Shown piece by piece: positions 1 through 13,030 of a stretch of 64,000 bases of DNA; position 1 is the first letter of the stretch, and every line of letters starts with the position of its first letter. The notes beneath the pieces are model-generated. The model made no database searches. It was given only the letters and a program-made list of their open reading frames with translations, and was not told the origin of the DNA. Position numbers and translations under genes: made by a program. This DNA is from Ginglymostoma cirratum. Taxonomy: Eukaryota. The stretch lies in contig JAHRHZ010000289.1 in NCBI GenBank assembly GCA_024137785.1, positions 20,706,512-20,770,511 on the forward strand. Direction: 5' to 3'.

Positions 1-1027
1 GTTCCTTAAACCAGCTCCACATTTCGATTGTCCCCATCCCCTGCATTTTGCTACCCCATTCTATCCCTCCTAAGTCTTGCCTAATCGCATTATAATTGCC
101 TTTCCCCCATCTATAACTCTTGCCCAGTGGCATGTTCCTATCCCTTTCCATCGCTAAACTAAACGTAACCGAATTATGGTCACTCTCTCCAAAGTGCTCA
201 CCTACCACTAAATCAAACACCTGGCCTGGTTCATTACCAAGTACCAGATCCAGTGTGGCCTCCCCTCTTGTCGGCCCTTCCACATACTGTGTCAGGAAAC
301 CCTCCTGCACACATTGGACAAAAACCGATCCATCCGACGTACTAGAGTTATAGCCTTTCCAGTCAATGTTGGGGAAGTTAAAGTCTCCCATAATGACCAC
401 CTTGTTCCTTTCACTCCTGCCCAGAATCGTTTTGCCAATCCTCTCCTCAATATCCCTGGAACTTTGCAGAGGCCAATAAAAAACTCCCAGCAGTGTGACC
501 ACTCCTCTCCTGTTTCTGACCTTTGCCCATACCACCTCAGTAGACGAGTCCTCGTCAAAAGTTCTTTCAGCCACCGTTATACTGTCCTTGACTAACAAAG
601 CCAGATCTCCCCCTCTTTTACCACCTTCCCTGATCTTTATGAAAGATCTAAACCCTGGAACCAGCAACATCCATTCCTGACTCTGCTATATCCATGTCTC
701 CAAAATGGCCACAACATCGAAGTCCCAGGTACCTATCCATGCTGCAAGCTCACCTACCTTATTCTGGATACTCCTGGCGTTGAAGTAGACACACTTCAAA
801 CCAGCTTGCTGTCTGCCAGCACACTCCTGTGACGGTGAAATCCTGTCCATGTCCTCCCTACTGTCATCCTCCTGTGTACTGGAACTACACCACAGGTTCC
901 CATGCACCTGCTGAGCTAGTTTAAATCCACCTGAATAGCACAAGCAAATTTCCCACCCAGGATATTAGTACCCCTCTGGTTCAAGTGAAGACCGTCCTGT
1001 TTGCAGAGGTCCCACCTTCCCCAGAAT
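1..1027 (-). mobile_element. CR1/HER1-type LINE, start of ORF2 (APE endonuclease); runs off the window start
   Basis: The minus strand reads KCVYFNARSIQNKVGEL..WDFDVVAILETW (ORF 686..943), then VVIMGDFNFPNIDW (~345-400) and GESDHNSV (~170-195). These are the canonical APE motifs of CR1 ORF2. Confidence 0.9.
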
Positions 1028-1984
1028 GCTAGATAGAGTTGAAATGCTTGAGTCTTGTTGGAACTGCATCCCTTCAGGCAAGTGCACAATATTGCCTCAG
1101 TCTTGTCTTTTGTGCTAAAGTGCTGAGGGTAGTAATATTTACGTTAGTTATTTAATTATTTACCCCATTAATCGCTATACCTTCCAGAACTGTGGCACTT
1201 AGACCTGATCCATTGGTTGTGGAATTGCTTAGCCCTGTCTATTGCATGATGCTTCTGCCTTTTGGCATGCAAATAATCCTGTTTTATAGCTTCACCTAGT
1301 TGACACCTCATTTTTGGATATGCCGTCTTGCACCCTTAATCAAATCCAGGGTTGACCCCTCAGCCTGATTGTTCAGTTTCAAAATGAAATTTCAGGTAAT
1401 TTTCTCTATTATTAATTTCTCTATGCATTCCCACACAATATAGAATAAATTGTCCTTTCTAAATGAATATTCGAGCATTCAACACAATGACAGCATTATG
1501 AAATGATTTAGAGAACAGATTTTTAAGAGCCTACCAATTCAAGTAAATTTTGCCATGCAAAGAGTACAATATGAATTAGGAATATTCAGTAAAGTATCAG
1601 ACTTCGTTACAAACTTTCATTGAAAATTTAGCGCCTACTAGTATAACAAGCTGCATTTTTCAGATTATATCCCTAAATAAATTGCTCAAGGATTTTGTGA
1701 TTCAGACTCTTGCTTCTATTCCACTGTTGAGCTCAGAGGTAAAGCTACTTCTTTCATTTTCAAAGGATGATAGACACTTTCTAATCAACCCATTCAAAGA
1801 TGCAACTATGCACCTAGGGACACTACCAGTGCAACACAAGAATCCTTCCAGAGGATGATAAACTGAGAAAGAAATACATGCATTTGTATGGTGATTTTCC
1901 TGATAACTAGCAGGGTCCAAGCTCCTTAGAGCCAGTGAGGAATCTGTGAGGTGTAGTCACTGTTTTAAAGTCAGAATCATCCAA

Positions 1985-2310
1985 CGCCCTCTTTAGCATC
2001 TTGTATTGAACTAGGCTCCACCAAACTTCCAGACAGTGCATTCCATATCCTAGCTACTCGCTGAGTGAAAATGTTTTTCTTCACTTAACCCTTGCTTCTT
2101 TTGCAGATCAGTTTAAATCTATGTCCTCTTGTTCTTATTTCCTTTATAACCAGGACCACTTTCTCTCTATCTAATCTATCCAGCCCACTCAAGATTTCGT
2201 AAACTTCTATCAGATCTCCTGTTAGCTCCTTCTCTCCAAGAGCAGCTCCAACTCCTTCAAACTATCCTCATAACTAAAATTACCCATCACTGCAAACATT
2301 CATGTAATGG
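1985..2310 (-). mobile_element. CR1 LINE 3' fragment (decayed)
   Basis: Resembles the CR1 RT C-terminus/3' region seen at 10620-11510 (gcattccatatcctagctactcgctgagtgaaaa...). Confidence 0.6.
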
Positions 2311-2367
2311 TTTTTGTAATATCACATCACCATCCCACTATCCATCCTCAAATAGTCTAGTGGAACG

Positions 2368-4668
2368 AAGAAGTTGCTGGAAAGGTTCAGCAGGTCCGGC
2401 AGCGTCTGTGAAGAGAATGTCTGTGAGTTAACGTTTTGGGTCCGGTAACCCTTGCTCAGAACTGATGCTAGCTAGGAAAATGTTGGTTTATATGCAGAAG
2501 ATAGGGTGGTGGGAGGAATTAAGGAGTAAACAATAGGTCAGGATAGAGCTCAAAGAGAGAAAAGACAGACAAAGAAGTGGATAACAATCTGGCTGGATGA
2601 GTGAATAGCTGATAATGGAGACTGTTAGTGGCTAGCAGCAGGTAGTATGCAATGGCAGACCATGTGATAACAAGGCCTGGTGCATGGGATTGGGAGCTAG
2701 CACATGGTAGAGTTCAGGCCCTAAAATTATTGAACTCGGTATTAAGTCCGGTGGATTGCAGGATCCGCAAGTGGAAAATGAGATGTTGTTCTTCCAGCTT
2801 GTGCTGAGCTTCACTAGAGCACTACAGCAAGCCTGAGACAGAGATGTTGACCAGGGAACAGGGTGGTGTGTTACAGTGGCAGGCAACTGGAAGCTCAGGG
2901 TCATTTTTGTGAGCAAAACATAGGTGTTCTGCGAAATGGTCCCTTTCCATGTCCATCCCCCAGCAGGATGGTCTCAGGTCTCTCCGCTTCTTCCTGGAGC
3001 AAAGGCCCGAACTGTCCCCACCCACCACCACCCTCCTCTGCATGGCTGATCTTGTCCTCACCCTTAACAACTTCTCTTTTAACTCCTTCAGGTCAGGGGG
3101 GTGCCCATAGGTACTCCCATGGGCCCCAGTTATTCCTGTCTTTTCGAGGGATATGTGGAACATTCCTTGTTCCAGTCCTATTCCAGGCCCCACCCACAAC
3201 CCTTTCTGCAATATATCAATGATATCATCGGTGCTGCTTCCCTCTCTTGTCCAGAATTGGAAAAGTTCATCAATTTCACTTCTACCCCATCCTCACTTTC
3301 ACCTGGTCTATCTCTGACGCCTCCCTTCCCTTCCTCGACATCTGTTACCATTTCTGGGGATAGACTGACCACTAATATCCACTATAAACCCACTGACTCC
3401 CACAGCTACCTGGGCTATACATCCTCATACCACACTTTCTGTAAAGACTCCATTCCATTCTCTCAGTTCCTCTGTCTCTGTCACATATGTTTCAATAAGG
3501 CCAATTTCAACAAGACAGCCTCTGAAATGTCCACTTCCTTCCTCAACTGAGGATTCCCCAGCACCTTTGTCAACAGAGCTCTCACCTGGGTCTGACCAAT
3601 CTCCCTCCCTTCAACCCTCACCCCCTCTCTTCCCTCTCTCAACAGCGATAGGGGTCTCCTTCTCCTTAGCTGCCATCCCACCAGCATCCACATCTAGAAG
3701 ATCATCAGCTGCTATTTCCACCCCCTCCAGTGAGATGCCACCACCAGACACATATTCTCTCCCCTCCCTTGTCTGCCTTCAGCAGGGACTGTTCCCTTCA
3801 GGACACCTTAGTCCACTCTTCCTTCACTTCCAACACCACCCAACAGCCCCATGGTACCTTCCCCTGTAACTGCCAAAGGTATAGTACCTGCCCATTTACC
3901 TCCTCCCTCCTCAGTACCCAAGAGCCCAAACTTACCTTCCAAGTGAAGCACCAATTTACCTGCACTTCCCTCAATCTAGTCTACTGTGTTCTCTGCTGAC
4001 AATGTGGTCTCCTCTACGTTGGGGAAACAAAGCATAGACTGGGTTATTGCTTCGCACAACACCTATATTCTGCCTGCAAAAAAAGACACTGAGCTTCCAG
4101 TAGCTGCCACTTTAACACACCATCCTGTTCCCTGACAAACATCTCCGTCTTTGGCTTGCTGTAGTTCTCCAATGAAGCTCAGTGCAAGCTGAAAGAACAA
4201 CATTTCAACTTCTGCTTGGGGATACTACAGCCTTCTGGACTCAATATTGAGTTCAAAAACTTTAGGGTCCAAAATCTTTCATCTCCTAGACCCCAACCCC
4301 GCACACCAAGCTGTGTTATCATATAGTCTGCCATTACACACTACCTAATGTTAGTCACTAACAGTCACCATTAACAACTATTCATTCTCCTAGCCAGATC
4401 GTTATCAACTCTTTTGTCTGTCCAACTGTTCCTTTCTCTCTTTGGGCTCTATCCCCATCTATCATTTACTCCTCACACTCTCACACCACCTTATCTTTTG
4501 CATATAAACCGTCATTTCCTAGCTACCATCAGTTCTGAGGATGGGTCACCAACCCGAAATATTAACTCTGGTTTCTTTTCACAGATTTTGCCAGATCTGC
4601 TGAGCTTTTCCAGCAACTTTTGTTTTTGTTTCTGATTTACAGCATCCGCAGTTCTTTCGGTTTTTATT
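2368..4668 (+). mobile_element. Neptune-type Penelope-like element, 5'-truncated, with an inverted copy of its 3' end at 2368-2940
   Basis: RT motifs GVPIGTPMGPSYSCLF and QYINDII. Linker GTFPCNCQRYSTCPF. GIY-YIG LVYCVLC..GLLYVGETK. HHR motif at 4531-4567. 15-bp TSD tagtctagtggaacg (2353-2367) / tagtttagtggaacg (4669-4683). Contains frameshifts and stops. Confidence 0.92.
4531..4567 (+). ncRNA. Minimal hammerhead ribozyme motif in PLE 3' terminus
   Basis: AGTT-CTGAGGA-T-GGGT(CACCA)ACCC-GAAA-TATT-AACT. Stem I is AGTT/AACT; stem III is the palindrome ATAT. Confidence 0.65.
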
Positions 4669-4779
4669 TAGTTTAGTGGAACGTCTGGTATATGTAACCA
4701 AATTGATGATCATTAGCTGTTGAGGAACAAATCGAAATTTTCATATTAGTTTGCTGTAATCTGGTACAATAACAACAAC

Positions 4780-5260
4780 AATGGGAATATTATTGCCAGC
4801 ACAACTTACGCTCAAAAGTCAAGTGTAAACAACGTTGCACAGTAATCAATTGTTGAACGATTCTGAGGCATAAAACACCTTTCTTCTAAGGCAGAGAAAA
4901 ATGAAAGAAGTGCATGACTATCAAGCAATACTGCACTGTGGTCAGTCAGGCACCAGCAAAAGATTTTCGAAGCTGCAACCAACCCAGATTATACCAAGTC
5001 ATCATTGATCATGATACTGCATTGTAAAGGAACTAAAGCCTACTCAGGCCATGTAAAATGCACCAGTCACACATGAAGAGAAACGATATCGAAATAATTG
5101 TGTGGTGATGTTGAGCGACAGCAACCAACAACATCACAACGAAGTTGTCAAACAACCGCAGTGGAGAACAGTACATACCTTTCAGATGGACATATAATCG
5201 CCAGATCAAGATGAGTTATCAAACCTCCAAGTAGTTACATAGAAGTTTCAAATGTTAGTC
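4780..5260 (+). mobile_element. Gypsy LTR-retrotransposon pol (integrase C-terminus) relic
   Basis: Manual translation gives PAK..CNQPRLYQVIIDHDTAL*RN*SLLRP (4952-5050) and ARSR*VIKPPSSYIE (~5200-5243). These match the PRSY.V....G...RRNR..LRP and TRSGR..KPP motifs of Gypsy integrase tails. Confidence 0.7.
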
Positions 5261-5411
5261 TTGTGAACACTGTTTCACTTGCTTGTATTGTTATCAAAAT
5301 GATAACATGTGCCTTCGTATAAACATTTTATCTGTTTGAGTTAAGTATTTATCTTTAGATAAAATGAAGGTTACGTTCATGCTCAGTATGTCAATATACT
5401 TTGATAGGATA

Positions 5412-5665
5412 TGTTTATGATATCATTGCTCTATCATAGCATGTGAATTGAGGATGTAAAGATTTTGTACTCTATCTTACTTTGAATCACTTAAAGCATA
5501 ACACGGCTGTTGGAAATCTACTGCTCTGTATAACTTTATACCTCAGCATTAGCTCAGATGTCGATGTTCCTCTGAGTGTAATATTTGTACACAATAGCTT
5601 GCTGTACTAAATGTCTGTTGGTTTCTTCAATACCGAGACATTCTTGCCTAGTTTTATATGTTACA
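5412..5665 (+). mobile_element. Putative 3' LTR of the Gypsy relic
   Basis: TGT...ACA-bounded segment directly downstream of the pol end; boundaries are approximate. Confidence 0.4.
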
Positions 5666-5779
5666 GGAAATAACTTAAACATTGTCACATCAGGTAAATT
5701 ACTTTTTGGAGGAAAAACCATGTTCCTGAGATAGCAATTTATCTCAGAGTTATAAAAAGCATTTTCTCAGTTTTGGTGG

Positions 5780-6290
5780 TTGCTTTACCACTAGTTTAGA
5801 AATCAGAGGTTCAAGAAATTTGAGTGCACAATGTAAACTAACACTTACTGTGGGAGTTCCACACTGTCGAAAGTACCAGCTTCCAAGTGAGATGCTAAAC
5901 CAAGAGTCCATCTGTCCTCTCAGGTGGACATAAAAAGATCCCGTTTTACATTCTGAAGAGTTCTTCCTGCTTTGCTTTCCAAAATATATTGTGAAATCAA
6001 ATCCACAAAACACAGTTTATGTTATTGCTGTATTGGAGATTTGCAATGTTCAAATTTCATTTCCCTAAACAAACAATTCTATACCAACTGAGTGAATTAC
6101 CCTTGGACAGGCTGCCCCATGGGCTGCTACATAAAGAGTCCCAAAACCAATGAGAGCTTGCACAGGAATTGATGTGAGTTTGTGTACTGTGGCTCAGAGC
6201 TTTGTGAGCAAATTTCTCTCTCTACATTTCCAAAGTACTAAATTGATTGTGAAGAGCTTTGAAAGTTCCTGAAATTGTGATAGTCGCTAT
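5780..6290 (+). mobile_element. DeuSINE (SacSINE1/AmnSINE1-like) SINE, decayed
   Basis: Deu-domain-like core gagatgctaaaccaagagtccatctgtcctctcaggtggacataaaagatccc (5889-5942) and an L2-like tail near 6225-6290. Recognised from memory of the consensus. Confidence 0.6.
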
Positions 6291-7803
6291 TTGACATTCA
6301 CCACAATCCAAATAGTGTCCAGATTTCAATGAACCCTCAAGCAGATTCAGATTCACTGAAACAAACTCAAACATTCTAAGTTTTTGTACTGAAATCATTC
6401 AAGAGATTTTCTCCATCAAGTCTTTCTAACCTGAACATAATTTATTCAGTGGACAGTGATTGCTATGTGCAAGGATAATGAATGCATTGAAGATATGAAA
6501 ACTTAGACTCCATTTCCCTGAATGTATTTGAACTGTGATAGTGTGAGCTACCGCAGAGTAGTTATACAGTGTTTCTCCCCCCCTTTTTTAAACCTGTTTT
6601 CTCTTTAGTAATTTTATTATTAGTTTTGTTGATCTCCAGGGACTATGGGTAGTAAACAAAATTATGCAGGAGATGAGGTATTCTGCTTTAAATGCAATCT
6701 ATAACAAGCACTTTATTACCATAATATTGGTGCAAACTGCAGTAATTAGGACAAAAATTGACAACAGAGCAGTTTCAACACATAACAAATCTTTCAATTT
6801 CCTTTTCTTAAGAGCAAACAATTCTCCTGCATTTGAAAAATTTCTGGAACAGTTCATGAATAAGAGATGACAGTCAAAATTTCTTTCCAAATCTTAAGGG
6901 CTCTGTAGTTCTCCTAAACTTTTAGATTGGACCCTCGGTTGATATTTAACATAATAAGAAATGTATGAGTTTAGATTTGGGTTAGGGTATATTCAAATTG
7001 TCAAAAATATCAATGCACTTCAAAGCAATGCAGTGACTTTCAGGTTTATCAGGCAGATTCAGCTGCATGCATAATCTCTGCTGAGGAAGCTTGTTAGTGA
7101 TTTGAACACTGAAACCAGTGAATGTAGTGACATTTTAACTGGTATTTAAGTTTAGAGCCGGATGCTTAGGTTTTCTGGGAAGTGCCAATGAAATCAAAGT
7201 GAGAATAAGTTGGCAATTTATAGGGCCTCATTAATAATAAATAGCAAAGTGATGTCTTACGTCATACTGCTTTAGGATTTTATCGAAAGTGTTAACCATA
7301 GGTTACAATGCACTTTGGAAGTCTTGGACTCAAGATCAAGCCGGGTGTTACTTTGATTACAAATGAGGACAAAATGAGAAGAACAACAATCAGCTGTGAA
7401 CAGGTTGTAGTCAGGAGAGGACAGCAGAGGGCGTAGGTTTGTACGTGACACTTTGGTATTTGTAGCTGAGAGGGTGCTGTCACTGATCTTCTTTCCTTTC
7501 ACAGGTGCCAAGGGCCTAATTGGTTTACAGTGGTCAAGGGTCAATTACTAATGAGTGTCAACAAGAAGACGCTCTTCTTAACTTAACAAGATGTAGTTTG
7601 TTGTATGATTATGATTGAGTTAAAATTACATTATTCAATTAAATATTGTTGCTAAGCCTGAGCAGACCTGGGAGTATTGGTGTGCACTTCTACAGATGCT
7701 AAGATGTTCTGCCTTATCCCCAGCTAAGCCTGAGAAGCATCATTAGATTGGATGGAGCTTAATGCAGTTGGAAAATTAATCCTTTCAAAATCGTTACCTT
7801 ATA

Positions 7804-8014
7804 TAACGGAAATAGAAATTGCTGGCAAAACTCAAGCGGTCGGGCAGCATCTGTGGGAAGAATGCAGAGTTAACATTTTGAGTACAGTGACTTGTCATCA
7901 GAAGATCAACATTAATTCTGCTTTCTCTCTACAGATGCTGCCGGACCTGCTGAGTTTCTCCAGCAATATCTGTTTTTGCTTCAGATTTTCAGTGTCCACA
8001 GTTCTTTGATTAAT
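7804..8014. mobile_element. Palindromic PLE-terminus mini-element (decayed HHR on the minus arm)
   Basis: Inverted arms gaaattgctgg..gcagcatctgt / acagatgctgc..ccagcaatatc. The minus strand has CTGATGA..AAAATGTTAACT at 7868-7903. 11-bp TSD gttaccttata (7793-7803 / 8015-8025). Confidence 0.8.
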
Positions 8015-8129
8015 GTTACCTTATACGATACCATTAACTGTAAAATGGGGAGTATCCACCCTGTCAGAGGTTCAGTTTCCAATATTTCTTGGAAAATCAG
8101 TATTTTTTAAAGGTGAGAATGTCATTGTC

Positions 8130-8990
8130 AGACAGAAATCTGTGGCCTCCTAGAAATGGAATTGTTTCCTGCTGGACTTGGGTATTTCCATGGTCTGACA
8201 GATATTTAGCATAGGCAATGGGCCAGATCTCATCTGCCAGCCAGAGAGCAGACAAGAGCCCTGTGTTGTTCGTGATGGGAAGACCTGAGTTTGGTGCTAA
8301 TTAGGCAGTGGCAGAACTGGTGAAGTACTCCAGGGGGAGGTCCAATGTCCCCTTGAGCTGCCAGCCAATGAGAAGTCAGCATAATCTACATGATGATTGG
8401 CAGTGCCATAGGGAGGTAGTGACTGCTGTGGGTAATGTACCCATCTGAGGCCCAGGATTTCTGTGGACCCATGCCACAGGTAGAGGATGACAAAATGGGA
8501 GTAAAGGATAGTGGTGGTCATGGATGGACGTGATCAGCAGCTCAGCATTCAGGGTGACTTCATCAGGAACCCTTCTTCTGATGGCAGATCCCATGATGAG
8601 ATATTAAGTGGCCTTGATTCAGTCGGTCACTATCCCACACAGCCAAACACACACCCCTGGGGCTCACATGCTACCCCAACAATGTTTGTTTTATGAGATT
8701 CCTGCACAATGAGTCCCTGTCTGCCATGAGGTATTTTCTGAAGGCAATGGAATGAAGCCATTAAACAATCATTAGTTACCCATTTAAGGACCTCAGTTTG
8801 GCCACAGTGTGGCATTATCCATGAAACTCCCAGCTCCAGACTTAAATAGATAAAGTAAGTTGGCAGGTCATCCTGATTAAACAGCCTTCAGGTCACTAAA
8901 CATACCTCAGAAGAAGTCAATAAATGTTGACTTTAGTGCCTGTAAAAGAAGTGACCGCCATACTTAACCTTCTTTTTCTTTCAAATTCTT
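8130..8990. mobile_element. Probable PIF/Harbinger-derived non-autonomous repeat
   Basis: GC-richer non-coding block resembling other Harbinger-type fragments in the window; boundaries uncertain. Confidence 0.3.
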
Positions 8991-9124
8991 CTGCCAGGGC
9001 TTGACTGAATCACACAAGATAGCTGCACATAAATACATCAGATAAGTTATTATCAGATAAGTTTCCATAACTAGAAATTATGTCAACTTTGTCCACGATG
9101 AGTTTCATTAGAATTTTGCTTTTC

Positions 9125-10205
9125 ACATTCACTTGGGATGTGACCATCACTGGCTGGCCATTTATTCTTCAGCCTTAGTTGCCCTTGAGAGGGTGTTGTG
9201 TGAACGCCTTCAACCGCTCAAGTCTATGTGCTGTAGGTAAACCCACAATGCTCTTAGTTAGAGAATTCCAGGATTTTGACCCTGCGACATTGAAGGAGCA
9301 GCAATGAATTTCCAAATCAGGATGGTGAGTGGTTTGGAGGGGAACTTGCAGGTGGTGGTGTTCCCATGTATCTGCTGCCCTTGTCCTTCTAGATGGAAGT
9401 AATCGTAGGTTTGGAAGGTGCTGTATAAGGTTCTCAGGCGAATTTTAGTAATGTATCGTATTGATAGTACAAACTGTTGCTACTGAGTATTACTGGTGGA
9501 GGGATTGGCGGTTTATAGTGCTAGTCTAGGGGGCTTATCCTTCTTGAGTGTTATTGTTGGAGCTGTACTCATCCAAGCAAGCAGGGAGTATTCCATCACA
9601 CTCCTGACTTGTGCCTTGTTAGACAGGTTTTAGGGAGTCTGGAAGTGCTTCTCCTCTTCCTAGCCTCTGGCCTCCTCTTATAACCATTGAGTTTATTTGG
9701 CAATTTCAGTAAGTTTCTGGTCAATTGTGACGACCAAAGCTATTGATAGTGGGGTGAAGGTAATGCCACTGAATGAATGAATAAGATTGTCTCTTACTGG
9801 AGATGGTCATTGCTTGTGCTGCGAATGTAACTTGCCACTTGTCAGCCCAAGCCTGGATATTGACAGGTCTCATTGCATTTGAACATAGATTGAGTCAGTA
9901 TCTGAGAAGTTGCAAATGGTATTGAACTCTTCGCAATCACCAAGAAACATCCCCACTTCTGATCTTATGATAGGGAAGGTCATTGATGAAGCAGTTGATG
10001 ATGGTTGGGCCTAGGCCACTACCCTGAAGAACTCCAGAGATGCCTCGGAACTAAGATGACTGACCTCCAACAACCATGACCATCTTCAGATGTGCCAGGT
10101 ATGACACCAACCAACGAAGAGTTTTTCCCCAGTTTTGCTAGGATTCCTCGATGCCACACATTCAGTCAAATGCGACCTTGATGCCAAGGGCTGTCACTCT
10201 CTCCT
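9125..10205 (-). mobile_element. CR1-group LINE, second family (3' part)
   Basis: Minus strand encodes KAQVRSVMEYSLLAWMSTAPT (~9555-9618). Homologous to 20560-21331, 32990-34680 and 61400-61720. Confidence 0.8.
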
Positions 10206-10619
10206 CACACACATACATCCAGGCAGCCTATACCAAGAAGATGATTAGGAGAAACTGTACACTTCAATACCCATCCTAGCCCTTAACTACTCAGCTCACC
10301 TTCTTTTCCAGCTCACGTATCATCCAGTAATTGGTGGTTTGACACTCAAACTCACCCCTGTAATACACAGGATTTCTTCATTGCTTTTGGATACCAGACA
10401 CAATCTTTTGGAAGGAACCCATGCTGCTAAACCTGGTCATTTCCATCTGGGTCTCCTTGGTAATTCATGTTTTTTTTAAGATTTTAAATGCTTTTAGATT
10501 TTAGATCTTATTATGATGACCTTTGAGGCCAGCAGCAGGAAGCAATAAATGTCTGTCCTCTTGAACAGTCTGGTTGGTCTTTGCTGAACCTATAAGGATA
10601 TACTGCCTGCATTGTAACA

Positions 10620-11510
10620 TAATAGAAGACAGGAGCAGGAGTAGCCATTCAACCCCTTGAGCCTGCTCCATCATTCAATATGATCATGGTTGGTCATTGA
10701 GCTCAACGCACTAATCCCACCCACCCCCTATATCCCTCGATCCCTTTAGCTACAACAGCTATATCCACCTCCATCTTGAAAACACATAATGTTTTGTCCT
10801 CAACCACTTTCTGGGGTAATGAATTCCACAAACTCACCACTCTCTGGATGAGGAAACTTCTCCTCATCTTAGTTCTATAAGGTTTACCCCTTACCTTTAA
10901 ACTATGGCCCTTTGTGCTGAAGACCTGCCACCATTGGGAACATCATTCCTGCATCTGACCTGTGTAGTTCTGTTAGGATTTTATGGGTTTCTAGGAGGTC
11001 TCCCTTCATTCTTCTAAACTCCAGTGAATACAATCCTAACCGACTCAATCTCTCATAAGTCTGTCCTGCCATCCAAGGAATCAATTGGGTAAACCTTTGC
11101 TGCACTCGGTCTATAGAAAGAACATCTTTCCTCAGATAAGGAGACAAAAACTGCACACACTATTCCAGGTGTGGCCTCACCAATGTCCTGTGTAATTGCA
11201 GCAAGCCACCTTGTTCCTGTACTCAAATTCTCTTGCTATGAAGGCCAACGTACAATTTGCCTTTTTTAACTGCCTGCTGCACCTGCACTCTTACATTCAG
11301 AAACCCATGTGTGATGGCACCCAGGTCTCATTGAACATTCCTCTTGCTCCTTTTACAGCCATTCAAAAACAGTCTGCTTCCTATTTTTGCTACCAAAGTG
11401 GATAACATCACATTTTTCCACATTATGCTGCATCTGCCAGGCATTTGCCTGCTCACTAGGCCTATCCAAATCACATTGCATCCTGACCCTTCACCCATCT
11501 TTGAATCATC
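10620..11510 (-). mobile_element. CR1/HER1 LINE 3' end
   Basis: ORF 10902..11156 QFLSPYLRKDVLSIDRVQQRFTQLIP..ERLSRLGLYSLEFRRMKGDL is the CR1 RT C-terminus; CR1 3' UTR follows. Confidence 0.9.
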
Positions 11511-12497
11511 TGCAAATATCCTGCAAAACAAGTGACATGATTAATGTCAGCAACTGAACTTGTGCTAAACTGAAGAATATCTCTAACTGGACAATTGAGA
11601 GTTCTTTGGTTAAACAAAGGCAGAAATTCAAATGTTGGAAAATTTAATTTCAAATCTCCCTTAGAAAACCCACATGCTGAACTAGAGCTGAAGCCTAGGG
11701 TTCATTATCTCTCCGTCAATTTGAGGATGACATCTACATTGGGTCACAAATTTCCGTCATGGATTTTCATGCAGCTGAATAGGTCAATTCTCAACCCTTA
11801 GACCTTTGGACACTTGGATTAGGGCAATATAATGGGGCCCAGAGTTCAGGAATTGCTTGTTTTCCTTGCGTTCTTTTCCACCTATCTGCTTCATCATTAA
11901 GGCATTTAGATCCGTGTGTGGAACCATTTCAGATCTTAAAGGAGTGAGACATCTGGTCCCTGTCAGTCTCTATAGCTATAGCAATGTCTGTTAGATCAAC
12001 ATAACTTATAAATAGGTGATAATATGCAATAAACTTTATCTTTACACCTGCAAGTGTCTCCTCTAGTGAGACTAGGAAGTGGCTTTCCTCTACCACATTA
12101 GACTGAGCAGGCCTAATAGTTTCCTACACTTAAAGAGGATGTTGGCAGCAACCTTCAGCATGGACAGCAGCCTGTAAAGTGTGGTGAGTTGGTACACTCA
12201 CACAATATTAGGGATACTCGAAAGGTATCCTCTTAAAATCTGTACTAAATTGCAAAGGTATCTCTCTCACACACATTCTCTTCAAGCTTCCCAATAGTGG
12301 ATCAATTTAAAAACAGATAAAATCTGTTTGAATCAGTTTCCTTATTCCATAGAAAGGATGATGTGGACAGCAGTAGCTTTAATCGGATTGGTTTATTCCA
12401 ATCAGTAATGCATGGACTATAATCAACTTTACGTAAAATAATGAATGAACAAGGATATTCTATTCTGGTAGGCCATCTGATAGTTCAGATAGTTGTC

Positions 12498-13030
12498 TGG
12501 TAGTACAGCACTTGAGCATTAGTGAAAAGAGACACATTTTGTCATTTCGTCCGGCATTCTTCAGGAAGTATTACACTAACAACTGATATAAGATTCTCGA
12601 CCAGGCTTATAGTGCGGCATACCTGCATGTTCTAGAAGTTATGTTTGTTAATGCACAAATCCCTTGTTCTTTGCAAACTGAATGAACACTTTTATATATT
12701 TGCACCTGTTTTATCTCATCAAAATAGATGACAAATGTTCCCTGGTTCATCGCTCCCAGGACACCTTGACCAATCAGAGTCAACCTGCCTAGTTAAATTT
12801 AAATAAAGCCTGGCAGTTAATTGTCAGTCATCACCTAATTGCTTCAAACTCTATGGTAATGCCTCTACTAATTAGAATATGCGTACCAACCAATCAGCAC
12901 TCTCCTCTCACGCAGTATGAATGTTGATTACCTTTTACATTGCTAACTCTTGTAAATTATTCTGGTTAGTGTAAGATAAAAAGCTTCAACAAAATGTCTC
13001 ACTTTCAGCAACACCTAAGTTTGAATACTG
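12498..13030. mobile_element. Old PLE 3' fragment of another family, with inverted terminus
   Basis: Plus strand KILDQAYSAAYLHVLEVMFVNAQIP (12590-12665) resembles a GIY-YIG C-terminus. Inverted ends 12498-12568 / 12960-13030. The minus arm keeps CTGAAGA-ATGCCGGAC-GAAA (12545-12564). Confidence 0.55.

Noticed and set aside
7505-7550. Acceptor-like site followed by GAKGLIGLQ (collagen-like)
   Set aside because: The Gly-X-Y pattern breaks after three triplets, a stop follows, and there is no suitable donor.
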